Of a DNA stretch of 64,000 bases, positions 42,911-53,731 are shown piece by piece (the stretch's first letter is position 1; each line of letters opens with the position of its first letter). Under the pieces are notes generated by a model. The model ran no database searches and was not told the origin of the DNA. It was given only the letters and a program-made list of their open reading frames with translations. Made by a program: the position numbers and the translations under genes. The stretch comes from Candidatus Latescibacterota bacterium (GTDB taxonomy: Bacteria > Krumholzibacteriota > Krumholzibacteriia > WVZY01 > JAKEHA01): the NCBI GenBank assembly GCA_963707635.1, contig OY970173.1, forward strand, positions 1,536,001 through 1,600,000, in the 5' to 3' direction.

Positions 42911-43864
42911 GTGCCCGAGACGTCGAAGAGAATCGTCTTCATGGGGAGTCCTGATTTCGCGGTGGCGTCGCTCGACGCGCTCTGCGACGCGGGGCGCTAT
43001 CGTCCGCTCCTGGTCGTCAGCCAGCCCGACCGGCCGCGAGGACGCGGTCGCACGCTCTCACCCACCCCGGTGCGCGCGCGCGCGCTGGCGCTCGGCATTC
43101 CCAGTCTGACCATGGAGAAGGTGACCTACGAAGACGGCGTGCGGCAGGTGGCGGCGGTTCGGCCGGACGCGATCGTGGTGGTGGCCTTCGGCCTGATTCT
43201 GCGCCGCGACCTGCTGGACCTCCCGCCGCACGGGTGCATCAACGTCCACGCGTCGTTGCTTCCCCGCCATCGGGGCGTCTCGCCGATCCAGGCCGCGATC
43301 CTCGCGGGCGACCCGGTCACCGGCTGCACGACCATGCATATCGACGAGGGCGTCGACACCGGCGACATCCTGCTCCAGGAGACGCTGCCCGTAGCGCCGG
43401 AGGACACGGCCGGCACGCTGTCGTCGCGGCTCGCCACACTCGGCGCGAGCCTGCTGGTGCGGACACTCGACGGCGTGTTCGCGGGTACGGTGAGCGCCAC
43501 CCCGCAGGATTCGTCGCTCGCGACGCTGACGCGCAAGATCCGCAAGCACCACGGGGCGATCGACTGGTCGCAGCCGGGCCGCGAGCTGGAGCGGCACGTG
43601 CGGGCCATGACCCCGTGGCCGAGCGCCTTCACGTTTCATCGCGGCCGCCGCGTGCTGGTCGTCGGCTGCGAATGGGCCGCAGGAGCGGCGGCCGAACCGG
43701 GCCGGGTGACCGCGCTCGAGCCGCTCACGGTTGCGTGCGGCGAGGGCGCGCTCCTCCTGCACTCGATCTGCCCCGAAGGGGGCCGCACGATGACGGCCGC
43801 CGAATACCTGGCCGGCCACCCGCTGGAGGTTGGAGAAATGCTGGGCCCCGGCCCGGCTCGTTGA
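42911..43864 (+). CDS. fmt: Methionyl-tRNA formyltransferase
   Basis: FMGSPDFA, QPDRPRGRG, NVHASLLP.HRG..PIQ, DTGDI. Confidence 0.97.
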   Translation: MPETSKRIVFMGSPDFAVASLDALCDAGRYRPLLVVSQPDRPRGRGRTLSPTPVRARALALGIPSLTMEKVTYEDGVRQVAAVRPDAIVVVAFGLILRRDLLDLPPHGCINVHASLLPRHRGVSPIQAAILAGDPVTGCTTMHIDEGVDTGDILLQETLPVAPEDTAGTLSSRLATLGASLLVRTLDGVFAGTVSATPQDSSLATLTRKIRKHHGAIDWSQPGRELERHVRAMTPWPSAFTFHRGRRVLVVGCEWAAGAAAEPGRVTALEPLTVACGEGALLLHSICPEGGRTMTAAEYLAGHPLEVGEMLGPGPAR

Positions 43865-43890
43865 CGCGCGGCGTCGCCCCGGTCTACAGT
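43861..43890 (+). promoter_or_regulatory. Sigma70 promoter, probably leaderless, for the PASTA gene
   Basis: TTGACG-N18-TACAGT-N6-GTG with no SD. Confidence 0.6.
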
Positions 43891-43896
43891 GCACCC

Positions 43897-44625
43897 GTGA
43901 ACGTGCGCGCCGTTTTCATTCGACTCCTCGTCTTCGGCGGTTTGTTCGTCGTCGGCGTGCTGGTGTTCAACTTCATCGTCATGCCGATGCTGGTGCACCA
44001 GAGCGGTGCGGTCATCGTGCCCGACCTGCGCAACTCGAGCGAGGTTCAGGCCGGTCAGACGCTCGCCCGGCTGGGACTGGTCCTCAAGGTCGACCGCAGC
44101 GAGCACGACCCCCAGGTTCCGACGGGCTACATCGTTTCGCAGACGCCGCGCGCGAACGAGAACCTCAAGCCGGGCCGCACCGTCGTGGTCATTACGAGCC
44201 TGGGGCCGCGCACGCACCAGGTGCCCGAGGTCAAGGGGATGACGCTGCGCCAGAGCCGGAGCGTGCTCGAGCACGCGGGCCTGGTCGTGGGCCGGGTGGT
44301 GAAGGTGGCGCGCGCGGGGGCGACGCGCGAGGAAGTGCTCGCCACCTGCCCGCCGGTCGGGGAGGATGTGCGCGAAGGCGAACCGGTGGACGTGGCGCTG
44401 TCGGTGGTCGGCGCCGCCGCGTCGTATCTGATGCCCGACTTCACCGCGCAGGATCTGTTCTTCGCGCGCGAGCGCCTGGAGCGCAGCGGGTTTCGCGTGG
44501 GGTCGGTGCGCTACGAGGCGCGGGAGGGCGTGTTTCCCAATACCGTGATCGACCAGCGTCCCCGTCCCGGGGCGCGGATACGCGAGGGAGAGTCGATTGA
44601 GCTGGTTGCATCTAGTTCCCGCTGA
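43897..44625 (+). CDS. Membrane-anchored protein with three PASTA domains
   Basis: TM then VPDL, VPEV.G...A, MPDF repeats with Q.P..G. Confidence 0.88.
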   Translation: MNVRAVFIRLLVFGGLFVVGVLVFNFIVMPMLVHQSGAVIVPDLRNSSEVQAGQTLARLGLVLKVDRSEHDPQVPTGYIVSQTPRANENLKPGRTVVVITSLGPRTHQVPEVKGMTLRQSRSVLEHAGLVVGRVVKVARAGATREEVLATCPPVGEDVREGEPVDVALSVVGAAASYLMPDFTAQDLFFARERLERSGFRVGSVRYEAREGVFPNTVIDQRPRPGARIREGESIELVASSSR

Positions 44626-45295
44626 GCGCGCGGGTGCCTCGACCGAACGCGTCGCCGTCGCGCCGAGTCTGTTGGCGTGCGACTTTTCCCGCCTGGGCGA
44701 AGAAATCCGGGCGGTGGAGCGCGCCGGCGTCGAGATGCTCCACCTGGATGTAATGGACGGGCACTTCGTGCGCAACATCACCTTCGGCCCGCCGCTCGTG
44801 CAGGCCGTCGATCGCGTGGCCACGGTCCCGCTGGACACCCATTTGATGATCGAACATCCGGATCGCTATCTGGGCGCGTTTCTCGACGCGGGCGCCGACA
44901 TCCTCTCCATCCACGTCGAGGCGAGCGCCGACCCGCGCCGGGACCTGCGCGCGATCCGCACGCGCGGGCGCAAGGCCGGCCTGGCGTTCAACCCCGACAC
45001 CGCGCTCGAGGACGTCGAACCGTTCTGGGAGGAGCTCGATCTGCTGCTGGTGATGAGCGTGGTCCCCGGGTTCGGCGGCCAGAGCTTCATCGATTCGGTC
45101 CTCGCGGACGTGGAAAAGGCCGCCGCGATCCGGTCGCGCCTGGGGCTCACCTTCGCGATCGAGATCGACGGGGGGGTGGGACCCGAGTCGGCCCGGCGCG
45201 CCCGGGCGGCCGGGGCGGACGTGCTGGTGGCGGGGACCTCCATCTTCAAGAGCCCGGACTACGCGGCGTCGATCCGGGATCTGCGGGGTCCATAG
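44597..45295 (+). CDS. rpe: Ribulose-phosphate 3-epimerase
   Basis: APSLL, HLDVMDGHFV, DTHLMI, MSV.PGFGGQ, IDGG; start uncertain. Confidence 0.96.
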   Translation: MSWLHLVPAERAGASTERVAVAPSLLACDFSRLGEEIRAVERAGVEMLHLDVMDGHFVRNITFGPPLVQAVDRVATVPLDTHLMIEHPDRYLGAFLDAGADILSIHVEASADPRRDLRAIRTRGRKAGLAFNPDTALEDVEPFWEELDLLLVMSVVPGFGGQSFIDSVLADVEKAAAIRSRLGLTFAIEIDGGVGPESARRARAAGADVLVAGTSIFKSPDYAASIRDLRGP

Positions 45296-45347
45296 GGCCC
45301 GGCGCGGGGCGCGCGCCGGAGCGCCTAACGCGCCCTCATTTTGGGAC

Positions 45348-45377
45348 TTGCGCGGCCCGGCGCGGGTCTGCTACGCT
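45348..45377 (+). promoter_or_regulatory. Sigma70-like promoter of the ffh-rpsP operon
   Basis: TTGCGC-N18-TACGCT with extended -10 TG. Confidence 0.5.
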
Positions 45378-45522
45378 CCCACGCTTACGAGCGCATGCGC
45401 CGCAGGTGACCGGGATGGCGTCCCGGGTCCCGAGCCCACCCGTTTCGCACCGAACGAAGAGTCCAGCGGGTCCACCACGGTAACCGGAGCGACGACGCGC
45501 GGTTTGCGGTGACACCGCGCGT

Positions 45523-46847
<1,325 letters not shown>

Positions 46848-46875
46848 GTCGGCACACACGTTGGAGGTGTCTGGA

Positions 46876-47286
46876 TTGTCGGTGAAAATCAGAATGAAGC
46901 GAATGGGCACGAAGAAGCGCCCGTTCTATCGCATCGTGGCGACGGATTCGCGCAATCGCCGTGACGGACGGTTCATCGAGGAGCTGGGTTACTACGACCC
47001 GCTCACCAACCCGCCGGCCGTCAAACTGAACGAAGATCTCTTCTTCAAGTGGATGAAGTGCGGCGCGATCCCGTCCGAGAACGTCGAGAGTCTGCTCCGG
47101 CGCACGGGCACGATGAAGAAGTGGTTGCTCGTGAAAGAGGGCGTGAAGACGGACCAGCTGGTGGAGAAGTCGGCAGCGCTCAAGTCGACAGAGACGCAGG
47201 GCTCGAGCCCCGACGAACGGCGGGCGAAGTTCAAGCAGCGGAAGGCCGCGAAGAAGTCGGCGCCCGCGCCGGCCGAGAGCGCGTAG
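46876..47286 (+). CDS. rpsP: 30S ribosomal protein S16 with C-terminal extension
   Basis: VKIRMKRMG.KKRPFYRIV..DSR..RDGRFIE.LG.YDP; GGAGG RBS. Confidence 0.97.
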   Translation: MSVKIRMKRMGTKKRPFYRIVATDSRNRRDGRFIEELGYYDPLTNPPAVKLNEDLFFKWMKCGAIPSENVESLLRRTGTMKKWLLVKEGVKTDQLVEKSAALKSTETQGSSPDERRAKFKQRKAAKKSAPAPAESA

Positions 47287-47325
47287 CCGCCGGACCCGGG
47301 GGATCCCTCCGACCGGAAGCGCACC

Positions 47326-47580
47326 ATGCCGGACGCCAGCAGGCAGTCGATCCACGCCCTGATCGAGTACGTCGCCACGTCGCTGGTGGGCGACCGCAAG
47401 GCGGTCAAGGTGACGGAGGCGAACAAGGAGGGCTACATCGTGATGGAGCTCACCGTCAGCCCCGACGACCTCGGCAAGGTGATAGGAAAGAACGGGCAGA
47501 CCGCGCGCGCGATTCGCACCCTGGTCAACGCGGCGGCGAGCAAGGCGGGCGAGAAGATCATCTTCGAGATCCGGGAGTAG
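47326..47580 (+). CDS. khpA: KH-domain RNA-binding protein
   Basis: DLGKVIGKNGQTARAIR; conserved rpsP-khpA-rimM order. Confidence 0.93.
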   Translation: MPDASRQSIHALIEYVATSLVGDRKAVKVTEANKEGYIVMELTVSPDDLGKVIGKNGQTARAIRTLVNAAASKAGEKIIFEIRE

Positions 47581-48102
47581 ATGGACGGTTTCCTTTTTCT
47601 CGGGCGCTTCGTGAAGGCGCAGGGCCTGCGCGGCGAGCTGAAACTGTACGCGTCGGACGACTTCTGGTACGAGGTGCTGGAGTCGAAGGAACTGTGGCTG
47701 GAGCACCCGCACGCCGATGACGTCGAACGGCGGCCGGTGCGCATCGAGAGTTCGCGGCCCCACCAGGCGCAGTACGTGGTCAAGCTCGAGGGCGTCGATG
47801 ACCGCACGCAGGCGGAAGCGGAAGTCGGCGGCAACCTGTTCGTGGACCTGACCCGCCTCGACGTGGAGCTGCCGGACCGCATCCTGCCGTTCCAGGTCAT
47901 CGGGTCGGTGGTGCGCACGGAAGACGGCCGCGTCATCGGGCGCGTCAGCAACGTGCTGCACTCGTCGGCGCAGGAGGTCTACGAGGTGACCGGAGAGACG
48001 GGCGCGGTGCTGATCCCCGCGGTCCCGGCCTTCATCGTGGGGCGCGATACCGAACGCGGCGAGATCACGGTGCGGCCGATACCAGGCCTGCTCGACGGGT
48101 GA
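47581..48102 (+). CDS. rimM: Ribosome maturation factor RimM
   Basis: G...K.QGLRGE, GVDDR..AE, LIP motif; synteny. Confidence 0.93.
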   Translation: MDGFLFLGRFVKAQGLRGELKLYASDDFWYEVLESKELWLEHPHADDVERRPVRIESSRPHQAQYVVKLEGVDDRTQAEAEVGGNLFVDLTRLDVELPDRILPFQVIGSVVRTEDGRVIGRVSNVLHSSAQEVYEVTGETGAVLIPAVPAFIVGRDTERGEITVRPIPGLLDG

Positions 48103-48803
48103 GTCCGGTGCGCATCAACGTGGTGACGATCTTCCCGGAAACGATGGACGCGATCTTCGCGACCGGGATGCTGGCGGTGGCCGGCAAGAAGGGGATCGTC
48201 GAGTACCGGACGGTCTCACCGCGCGCGTTCGCGGCGGACGTGCACCGCACCGTGGACGACACGCCCTTCGGGGGCGGCCCCGGCATGGTGATGATGGCCC
48301 CGCCGATCGTGGAGGCGGTGGAGAGCCTCGGTGCCCGGCCCGGCAGCCCGGTGATCCTGATGAGCCCGGCGGGCGCGCGCTTCGACCAGGACGCGGCGCA
48401 CCGGCTGGCGAAGGAAACGGAGCTCACGTTCATCTGCGGGCGCTACAAGGGTGTCGACGAGCGCGTACGCGAGCTGGTCGTCACCGAGGAAATATCGATC
48501 GGCGACTTCGTCTTGAGCGGCGGAGAGATCGCCGCCGCGGCGGTGATCGAGGCGGTCGTGAGGCTCCAGGCCGACGTGCTGGGCAACGAAGAGTCGGGAG
48601 CCACGGACTCGTTCGCGGCGGGGCGCGACCGGCTCCTGGACTGCGCGTGGTACACCCGCCCCGCCGAGTACCGGGGGTTCAAGGCGCCGGAGGTGCTGTT
48701 GTCCGGCCACCACGCCGAGATCGAGAAGTGGCGGCGCCGTTCGTCGCTGGACCGCACGCGACGGTATCGACCGGACTTGATCGACAACGAGAAGATTTCG
48801 TAG
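48099..48803 (+). CDS. trmD: tRNA (guanine-N1)-methyltransferase
   Basis: VDDTPFGGGPGMV, CGRYKGVDER, SIGDFVLSGGE, YTRP, LLSGHH. Confidence 0.97.
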   Translation: MSPVRINVVTIFPETMDAIFATGMLAVAGKKGIVEYRTVSPRAFAADVHRTVDDTPFGGGPGMVMMAPPIVEAVESLGARPGSPVILMSPAGARFDQDAAHRLAKETELTFICGRYKGVDERVRELVVTEEISIGDFVLSGGEIAAAAVIEAVVRLQADVLGNEESGATDSFAAGRDRLLDCAWYTRPAEYRGFKAPEVLLSGHHAEIEKWRRRSSLDRTRRYRPDLIDNEKIS

Positions 48804-48830
48804 CAGAATGCTTCCAAGGAGGGCAGTTCC

Positions 48831-49190
48831 GTGAACATCATCGACCGCATCGAGCAGCGCCAGTTTTCGAAGAGGGCGCACGACTTTCGCGTGGGCGACA
48901 CCGTCAAGGTCATGGTACGCGTCGTCGAAGGCAACAAGGAGCGCGAGCAGGCGTTCCAGGGAGTCGTGATCAAGCAGAACGGGCGCGGCATCGGCGAGAC
49001 CTTCACGGTCCGCAAGGTGACATCGGGAGTGGGCGTCGAGCGCGTGTTTCCCATCCATTCTCCCAACGTGACCTCGATCGTCGTGATGCGTACGGGTCGC
49101 GCGCGTCGTGCCAAGCTCTACTATCTGAGGAAGCGCGTTGGCAAATCGGCTCGCATCCAGGAACGGCGAGAGGAAAAAGGCGCCGAGTAG
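48831..49190 (+). CDS. rplS: 50S ribosomal protein L19
   Basis: [34 protein letters not shown]. Confidence 0.98.
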   Translation: MNIIDRIEQRQFSKRAHDFRVGDTVKVMVRVVEGNKEREQAFQGVVIKQNGRGIGETFTVRKVTSGVGVERVFPIHSPNVTSIVVMRTGRARRAKLYYLRKRVGKSARIQERREEKGAE

Positions 49191-49869
49191 GCCGCGCGCG
49201 CGGCGCGCGCCGGCCGACGGCGCCGACGCCGAGGCGGCCCTGCGCGACCGCTTCCGATCGCTGGTCGACTTCGACCGCGGTTTCGCGTCGCCGGGGCGCG
49301 TGATCGCCGGCGTCGACGAAGCCGGGCGCGGGGCGCTGGCTGGACCGGTGGTGTCCGCCGCCGTGGTGCTGCGCGACGACTTTGACCTCGTCCGCGTCTA
49401 CGATTCCAAGGCGGTCCGCGAAGGCGACCGCGAGGCGCTCTTTCGCGACATCGTGGCCTCCTCCGTCTCCGTCGGCATCTCCTTCGGGCACCCCTCCCTC
49501 ATCGACCGCGAGAACATTCTCTGCACCACTCTAATGACCATGCACCGCGCCGTGGCCGCGCTGCGCGTCGACGTGGGTCTGGTGCTGGTCGACGGGCGCG
49601 AGTCCTTCCAGTGGGCCGGACGGCTGATCCCGGTGGTCAAGGGCGACTCGAAGAGCCTCTCGGTGGCGGCGGCGTCGATCGTCGCCAAGGTCGCGCGCGA
49701 CCGGCTGATGCGCCGCCTGCACCGCCGTTACCCGTGCTATCACTTCGACCACAACAAGGGGTACGGCACCGCGGAACACCTGGCCGCCATCGCGACCCAC
49801 GGCGCGGCCGACGTCCACCGGCGGACGTTCCTCGCAAAAATCGTTGAAAACAACCTGTCGATGTTCTAA
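49138..49869 (+). CDS. rnhB: Ribonuclease HII
   Basis: [41 protein letters not shown]; start uncertain. Confidence 0.95.
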   Translation: MANRLASRNGERKKAPSRPRARRAPADGADAEAALRDRFRSLVDFDRGFASPGRVIAGVDEAGRGALAGPVVSAAVVLRDDFDLVRVYDSKAVREGDREALFRDIVASSVSVGISFGHPSLIDRENILCTTLMTMHRAVAALRVDVGLVLVDGRESFQWAGRLIPVVKGDSKSLSVAAASIVAKVARDRLMRRLHRRYPCYHFDHNKGYGTAEHLAAIATHGAADVHRRTFLAKIVENNLSMF

Positions 49870-49900
49870 CTATATACGGGGGTTGTGGGGAGGGGTGGCG

Positions 49901-50254
49901 ATGAATACTCGACAGCACGGCGGATGGGGCGAACAGATCGCGGCGGCGTTTCTTCGCCTGAAGGGCTACGAGATCCTGGAAGCGAACGCGCGGTTCGCCC
50001 GGCGCGAAGTGGACCTGCTGGCGCGCGATGGCGTCTCGCTGGTGGTGGTGGAGGTGAAGCTGCGCCGCGGATCCCGGTTCGGCTCGGCGGTCGAGGCGAT
50101 CGATGGCCGCAAGCTCTCCCGCCTGCGGCTGGCGCTCGCGGGGTTCGCCCGCGAGGCGGACCCGGAACTGGTGCCGCGCATCGACGTGGTCACCATCGAC
50201 GTCGACGAGACGGGCGACCGCATGACGGTGGAGCACTACGTCGGCGTCTCCTGA
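49901..50254 (+). CDS. yraN: YraN (UPF0102) family protein
   Basis: G..GE..A..FL..KGY.I, EVDL, VEVK.R, RIDVV. Confidence 0.92.
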   Translation: MNTRQHGGWGEQIAAAFLRLKGYEILEANARFARREVDLLARDGVSLVVVEVKLRRGSRFGSAVEAIDGRKLSRLRLALAGFAREADPELVPRIDVVTIDVDETGDRMTVEHYVGVS

Positions 50255-50321
50255 AATGCCCCGGTAACTGACACGAATCGTCGGCCGGCCCCGGCCGAGG
50301 ATCTTTTCGAGGTGATGGCGG

Positions 50322-50921
50322 TTGAGAAAGTTGGCGTGGATCGCCGTGGCGCTGGTCGCGACGGTTGCCTGCTCGACGGTGAAGAATGTCGTCGTCAAAG
50401 ACATTCCGCTCGAGGAGCAGGAGGTCATTCTCAAGGAGTACAAGGACCGGTACGTGTGGACGCGCTCCGTCATCGAGGACATGGGCGAAGGCGGTTCCAT
50501 CCCGCGCGACGAGAAGGTCAAGATCGTTGACGTCGGGCTGGTCCTCAACGGGTCCGTGACACTCGAGACCCTCAAGAAGAAGAACCGGATTGTGAAGGGG
50601 CTCGAGATCGAGCGCCCGCTCAACAAGGCGAAGATCGACGCCAAGCTGGCGGAGCTCCTGTTCTTCGAGGATCCGACCATCCGGCACATCGGCTACGTTC
50701 GCAAGTACGGCAAAAAGACCGCGACCGCCATCATGGACCACGAGCTCTACGCGGGCATGCAGGCCGAGGCCGTGATCGAATCGTGGGGACAGCCGGCGCG
50801 CAAGGTGGTCAGCGAGGCGAGCGGATCGGTCACCGAGCAGTGGGCGTACCCGACCCCGAACGCGAGCCGAAGCCGCTACGTCTATCTCAAGAACGGCAAA
50901 GTTGAGAAGTGGGACGAGTAG
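50322..50921 (+). CDS. Hypothetical lipoprotein with a C-terminal BamE/SmpA-like EQWxY domain
   Basis: Lipobox TVAC; GM....V..SWG.P...EQWAY...YVY..NGKV; GAGG RBS before TTG. Confidence 0.7.
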   Translation: MRKLAWIAVALVATVACSTVKNVVVKDIPLEEQEVILKEYKDRYVWTRSVIEDMGEGGSIPRDEKVKIVDVGLVLNGSVTLETLKKKNRIVKGLEIERPLNKAKIDAKLAELLFFEDPTIRHIGYVRKYGKKTATAIMDHELYAGMQAEAVIESWGQPARKVVSEASGSVTEQWAYPTPNASRSRYVYLKNGKVEKWDE

Positions 50922-50946
50922 CCCAGTAGCTGCATAGTTGTTTCGC

Positions 50947-50984
50947 AATACGGGCGCCCGGCAGCGGGCGCCCGTATTCTTTTT
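50947..50984 (+). terminator. Rho-independent terminator
   Basis: 14-bp stem AATACGGGCGCCCG-GCAG-CGGGCGCCCGTATT then CTTTTT, between convergent genes. Confidence 0.88.
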
Positions 50985-51019
50985 GGAGCAGGACGAAGTA
51001 GTGTTCCAGTGGAGGGACG

Positions 51020-52852
51020 CTACCAGGTCGCGGGAATCACGCGGAGCACTTCCTCCCACGTCGTCTTGCCAGCCAGGAGCTTTCCCGTTGCGTTGCTCAT
51101 GAGCGGTTCCGCTCCGTCGCGGCGGACGGCCTGCACGATGTCGGCTTCGTCGGCGCCGTCGCGGATCATCACGCGCACGCGGTCGCTGATCTCCACGACC
51201 TCGAAGGCGGCGGTGCGGCCGAAATAACCCGTCCGCCGGCACTTCTCGCACCCCGCTCCGCGCACGACCCCGGACCGGTCCAGCGCCGGGTCGCTGATGC
51301 CCAGGAGCTGCGCCGTCTCGTCCGTCAGTTCGGCGCTCTCCGCGCACGCCGGGCACACGACGCGCAGCAGACGCTGCGCGATCAATCCAATCACCGTCGA
51401 TGCAATCAGGAAGCGCTCGATCCCGAGGTCGGTCAGGCGCGTGATGGCGCCGATCGCGGTGTTGGTGTGGAGGGTCGAGAACACCAGGTGCCCGGTCAGC
51501 GCGGCCTGGACGGCGTAGCGTGCGGTCTCGGAGTCGCGAATCTCGCCGACCATGATGATGTCCGGGTCCTGGCGAAGCACACTGCGCAGCGCGTTGGCGA
51601 ACGAGATCCCCACCGATTCCTGCACCGCGATCTGGTTGAACGGCTCGTGCACCATTTCGATCGGGTCTTCGATGGTGATGATGTTGACCTCCGGTGAGGT
51701 GATGCACTGGAGCGACGAATACAGCGTCGTGGTCTTTCCGCTTCCGGTCGGCCCCGTCACCAGGATGATTCCGTGGGGTCTCCGGAGCAGGCGCTCATAA
51801 GAGGCCCGCTGCGTGGGGGTGAACCCGAGCGCCTGGACGTCCTGCAGCAGGATGGTGGGGTCGAAGATGCGGATCACCAGCTTCTCGCCGAACGCGACCG
51901 GCACGGTCGACACGCGCAGCTCGACCTCCGCCTCCTTGTGGGCGGTCTTGATGCGCCCGTCCTGCGGGCGCCGCTTCTCGGCGATGTCGAGGCGCGCCAT
52001 GATCTTCAAACGCGAGACGAACGACGGGTAGACCTGCCGGGGAATCGAATAGGTGTCGTGCAGGCGCCCGTCGATGCGCAGGCGCACGATCGAGCGTTCC
52101 CGCTTGGGTTCGATATGGATGTCGCTCGCGCGCTGTTCGAAGGCGTACTGCAGGAGCAGGTCCACGGCGCGGACGATGTGCTGGTCGGAGCTGCTGGTCT
52201 CCTCGTTGACGCCGATCTCGACCAGCTGTTCGAGGTTGCCGAGGTCGACCGAGGCCAGGCGCTGCTTCTCCGCTTTCTGCATGCTGCGCTCGAAGGCGAA
52301 CAGCTCGTTGATGGTCTTGAGGATCTCCGCGCGCAGGCCCAGCACGGGCTCGACGCGGAACCCGGTGGTGTGTTCGATGTTGTTCAGCGCCGCGCGATCA
52401 AACGGATTCACCATCGCGACGGTGAGATACGGTCCGTCGAGACGGATCGGGACGATCAGATGTTTCTGGGCAAACGGTTTGGAGACGATGGCCGCGAGCG
52501 CGCGCACGTCGAGCTTCAGCGGGTCGATCTTCGCGAACGCGGTCCCGGTCGCCTCGCCGAAATGCCGGCAGACTTCCTCTTCGTCGAGGCACTCGCGGCG
52601 CGGGTTGGTGCTGGGAAACTTGAAGGCCGCGATGACTTCGAGCGGGGAAGGATTACCGCCGAGTCCGCGCTCGCGCCACGCGGCGATCATGGCCGCGAGG
52701 CGCGCTGCCCCCTGCGTGCGCACGACGGCAGCCTGACCGGCGTCCAGGATATTGCGCTCCACCAGGAGCGCGGTCACGCGCTCGAGGTCGAACGCGTCGG
52801 CCCGGCGCGCGGGAAGGCCCGGAGCGGGCGGAGTCTTGGGAGTCGTACTCAT
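51020..52852 (-). CDS. GspE/PilB family secretion or pilus assembly ATPase
   Basis: ASDIHIEP, PQDGR, GPTGSGKTT, TIEDP, LRQDPDIIMVGEIRD, GHLVFSTLHTN, CPAC/CEKC zinc motif. Confidence 0.95.
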   Translation of the reverse strand: MSTTPKTPPAPGLPARRADAFDLERVTALLVERNILDAGQAAVVRTQGAARLAAMIAAWRERGLGGNPSPLEVIAAFKFPSTNPRRECLDEEEVCRHFGEATGTAFAKIDPLKLDVRALAAIVSKPFAQKHLIVPIRLDGPYLTVAMVNPFDRAALNNIEHTTGFRVEPVLGLRAEILKTINELFAFERSMQKAEKQRLASVDLGNLEQLVEIGVNEETSSSDQHIVRAVDLLLQYAFEQRASDIHIEPKRERSIVRLRIDGRLHDTYSIPRQVYPSFVSRLKIMARLDIAEKRRPQDGRIKTAHKEAEVELRVSTVPVAFGEKLVIRIFDPTILLQDVQALGFTPTQRASYERLLRRPHGIILVTGPTGSGKTTTLYSSLQCITSPEVNIITIEDPIEMVHEPFNQIAVQESVGISFANALRSVLRQDPDIIMVGEIRDSETARYAVQAALTGHLVFSTLHTNTAIGAITRLTDLGIERFLIASTVIGLIAQRLLRVVCPACAESAELTDETAQLLGISDPALDRSGVVRGAGCEKCRRTGYFGRTAAFEVVEISDRVRVMIRDGADEADIVQAVRRDGAEPLMSNATGKLLAGKTTWEEVLRVIPATW

Positions 52853-52950
52853 CGTGCAGTGGTAACGAAATCACCAGCGCGCAGCTGTCATGAGGTTGAC
52901 GGCAACGACCGTGCCACGTTCGGGCCCCGCGCGTGGGCCGCGCGACGGCC

Positions 52951-53037
52951 GCCTCGCACGCTCCCCCGTCGCCGTCCTCCCGCGCACAATGCTGGTATGC
53001 GCGACTGCGGATTGGCTCCGGTGGGAGCGCACGAGGC
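52951..53037. repeat. Dispersed ~85-bp hairpin element, copy 2
   Basis: Near-identical to 42264-42347, with pairing-compatible substitutions. Confidence 0.85.
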
Positions 53038-53150
53038 CCCCATCGTCGGGTGCCGCTTTCCTCAAGTAACTGACCGTCTTTGATAACGTTAGGGCACGAT
53101 GAACCACTGGTGGGAGGCCCGCGCCGCGCCCGCACGCGACGATCCCCAAC

Positions 53151-53180
53151 TTGCAATTTGCAGGATCAATGTGATACAAT
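53151..53180 (+). promoter_or_regulatory. Sigma70-like promoter
   Basis: TTGCAA-N18-TACAAT with extended -10 TG. Confidence 0.65.
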
Positions 53181-53238
53181 AAGCACCAAGCATAACCGCC
53201 CTGCATCTATCGAGTTAGCATCACCAAGGAGTACGGGC

Positions 53239-53620
53239 ATGAAAAGGCTGTTGGGGGTATCCGCGCTGGTCCTCTTGATCGGTGCGCCCGCGTTCGCGGA
53301 AGTCATCTACTACTACGCTCCCGAAGTGACGGGGGAGCGAGCGCGGAAAAACATCCGCCATTTGCTCTTCATCGAGGACCTCGCGGGGGACATGAAGGCC
53401 GTCTATGACGAATACGGCTATACCCCGCATCGGATCCGCATCAACGGGTACGGGCAAATCCATGAGCAGTGGACGTACTACGAGCGCGGGCTCGTGTTCG
53501 AGTTCGATCAGTGCAGCAACCTGGTCGAGACCGGAACGGTGGCGCGGGAGCAGCCGGCGCGACTGGGCGTATCAGCGGGACGTTCGCGGCTACGACGAAG
53601 ACATTCCCTGCGACGAATAA
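53239..53620 (+). CDS. Small secreted hypothetical protein (apparent +1 frameshift near 53554)
   Basis: AAGGAG RBS, signal peptide ending AFA, HEQWTYY motif; removing one C gives RRDWAYQRDVRGYDEDIPCDE-stop. Confidence 0.7.
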
Positions 53621-53731
53621 GGGCGTGCGGCGCGATACGGTCCGTCTGGTTCGCGACTGGACGGCTCGGGACAAGGAGGCCTTCTCAACCACGATCGGGC
53701 CTCCTTGCTTTTTTTAGGATAGACTCCCGCC

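Noticed and set aside
45384..45522. SRP (4.5S) RNA upstream of ffh
   Set aside because: Lacks the conserved helix-8 CAGG...GNRA...AGCA motif
47130..47286. C-terminal extension of S16
   Set aside because: Extended S16 tails are known in several phyla; no further signal
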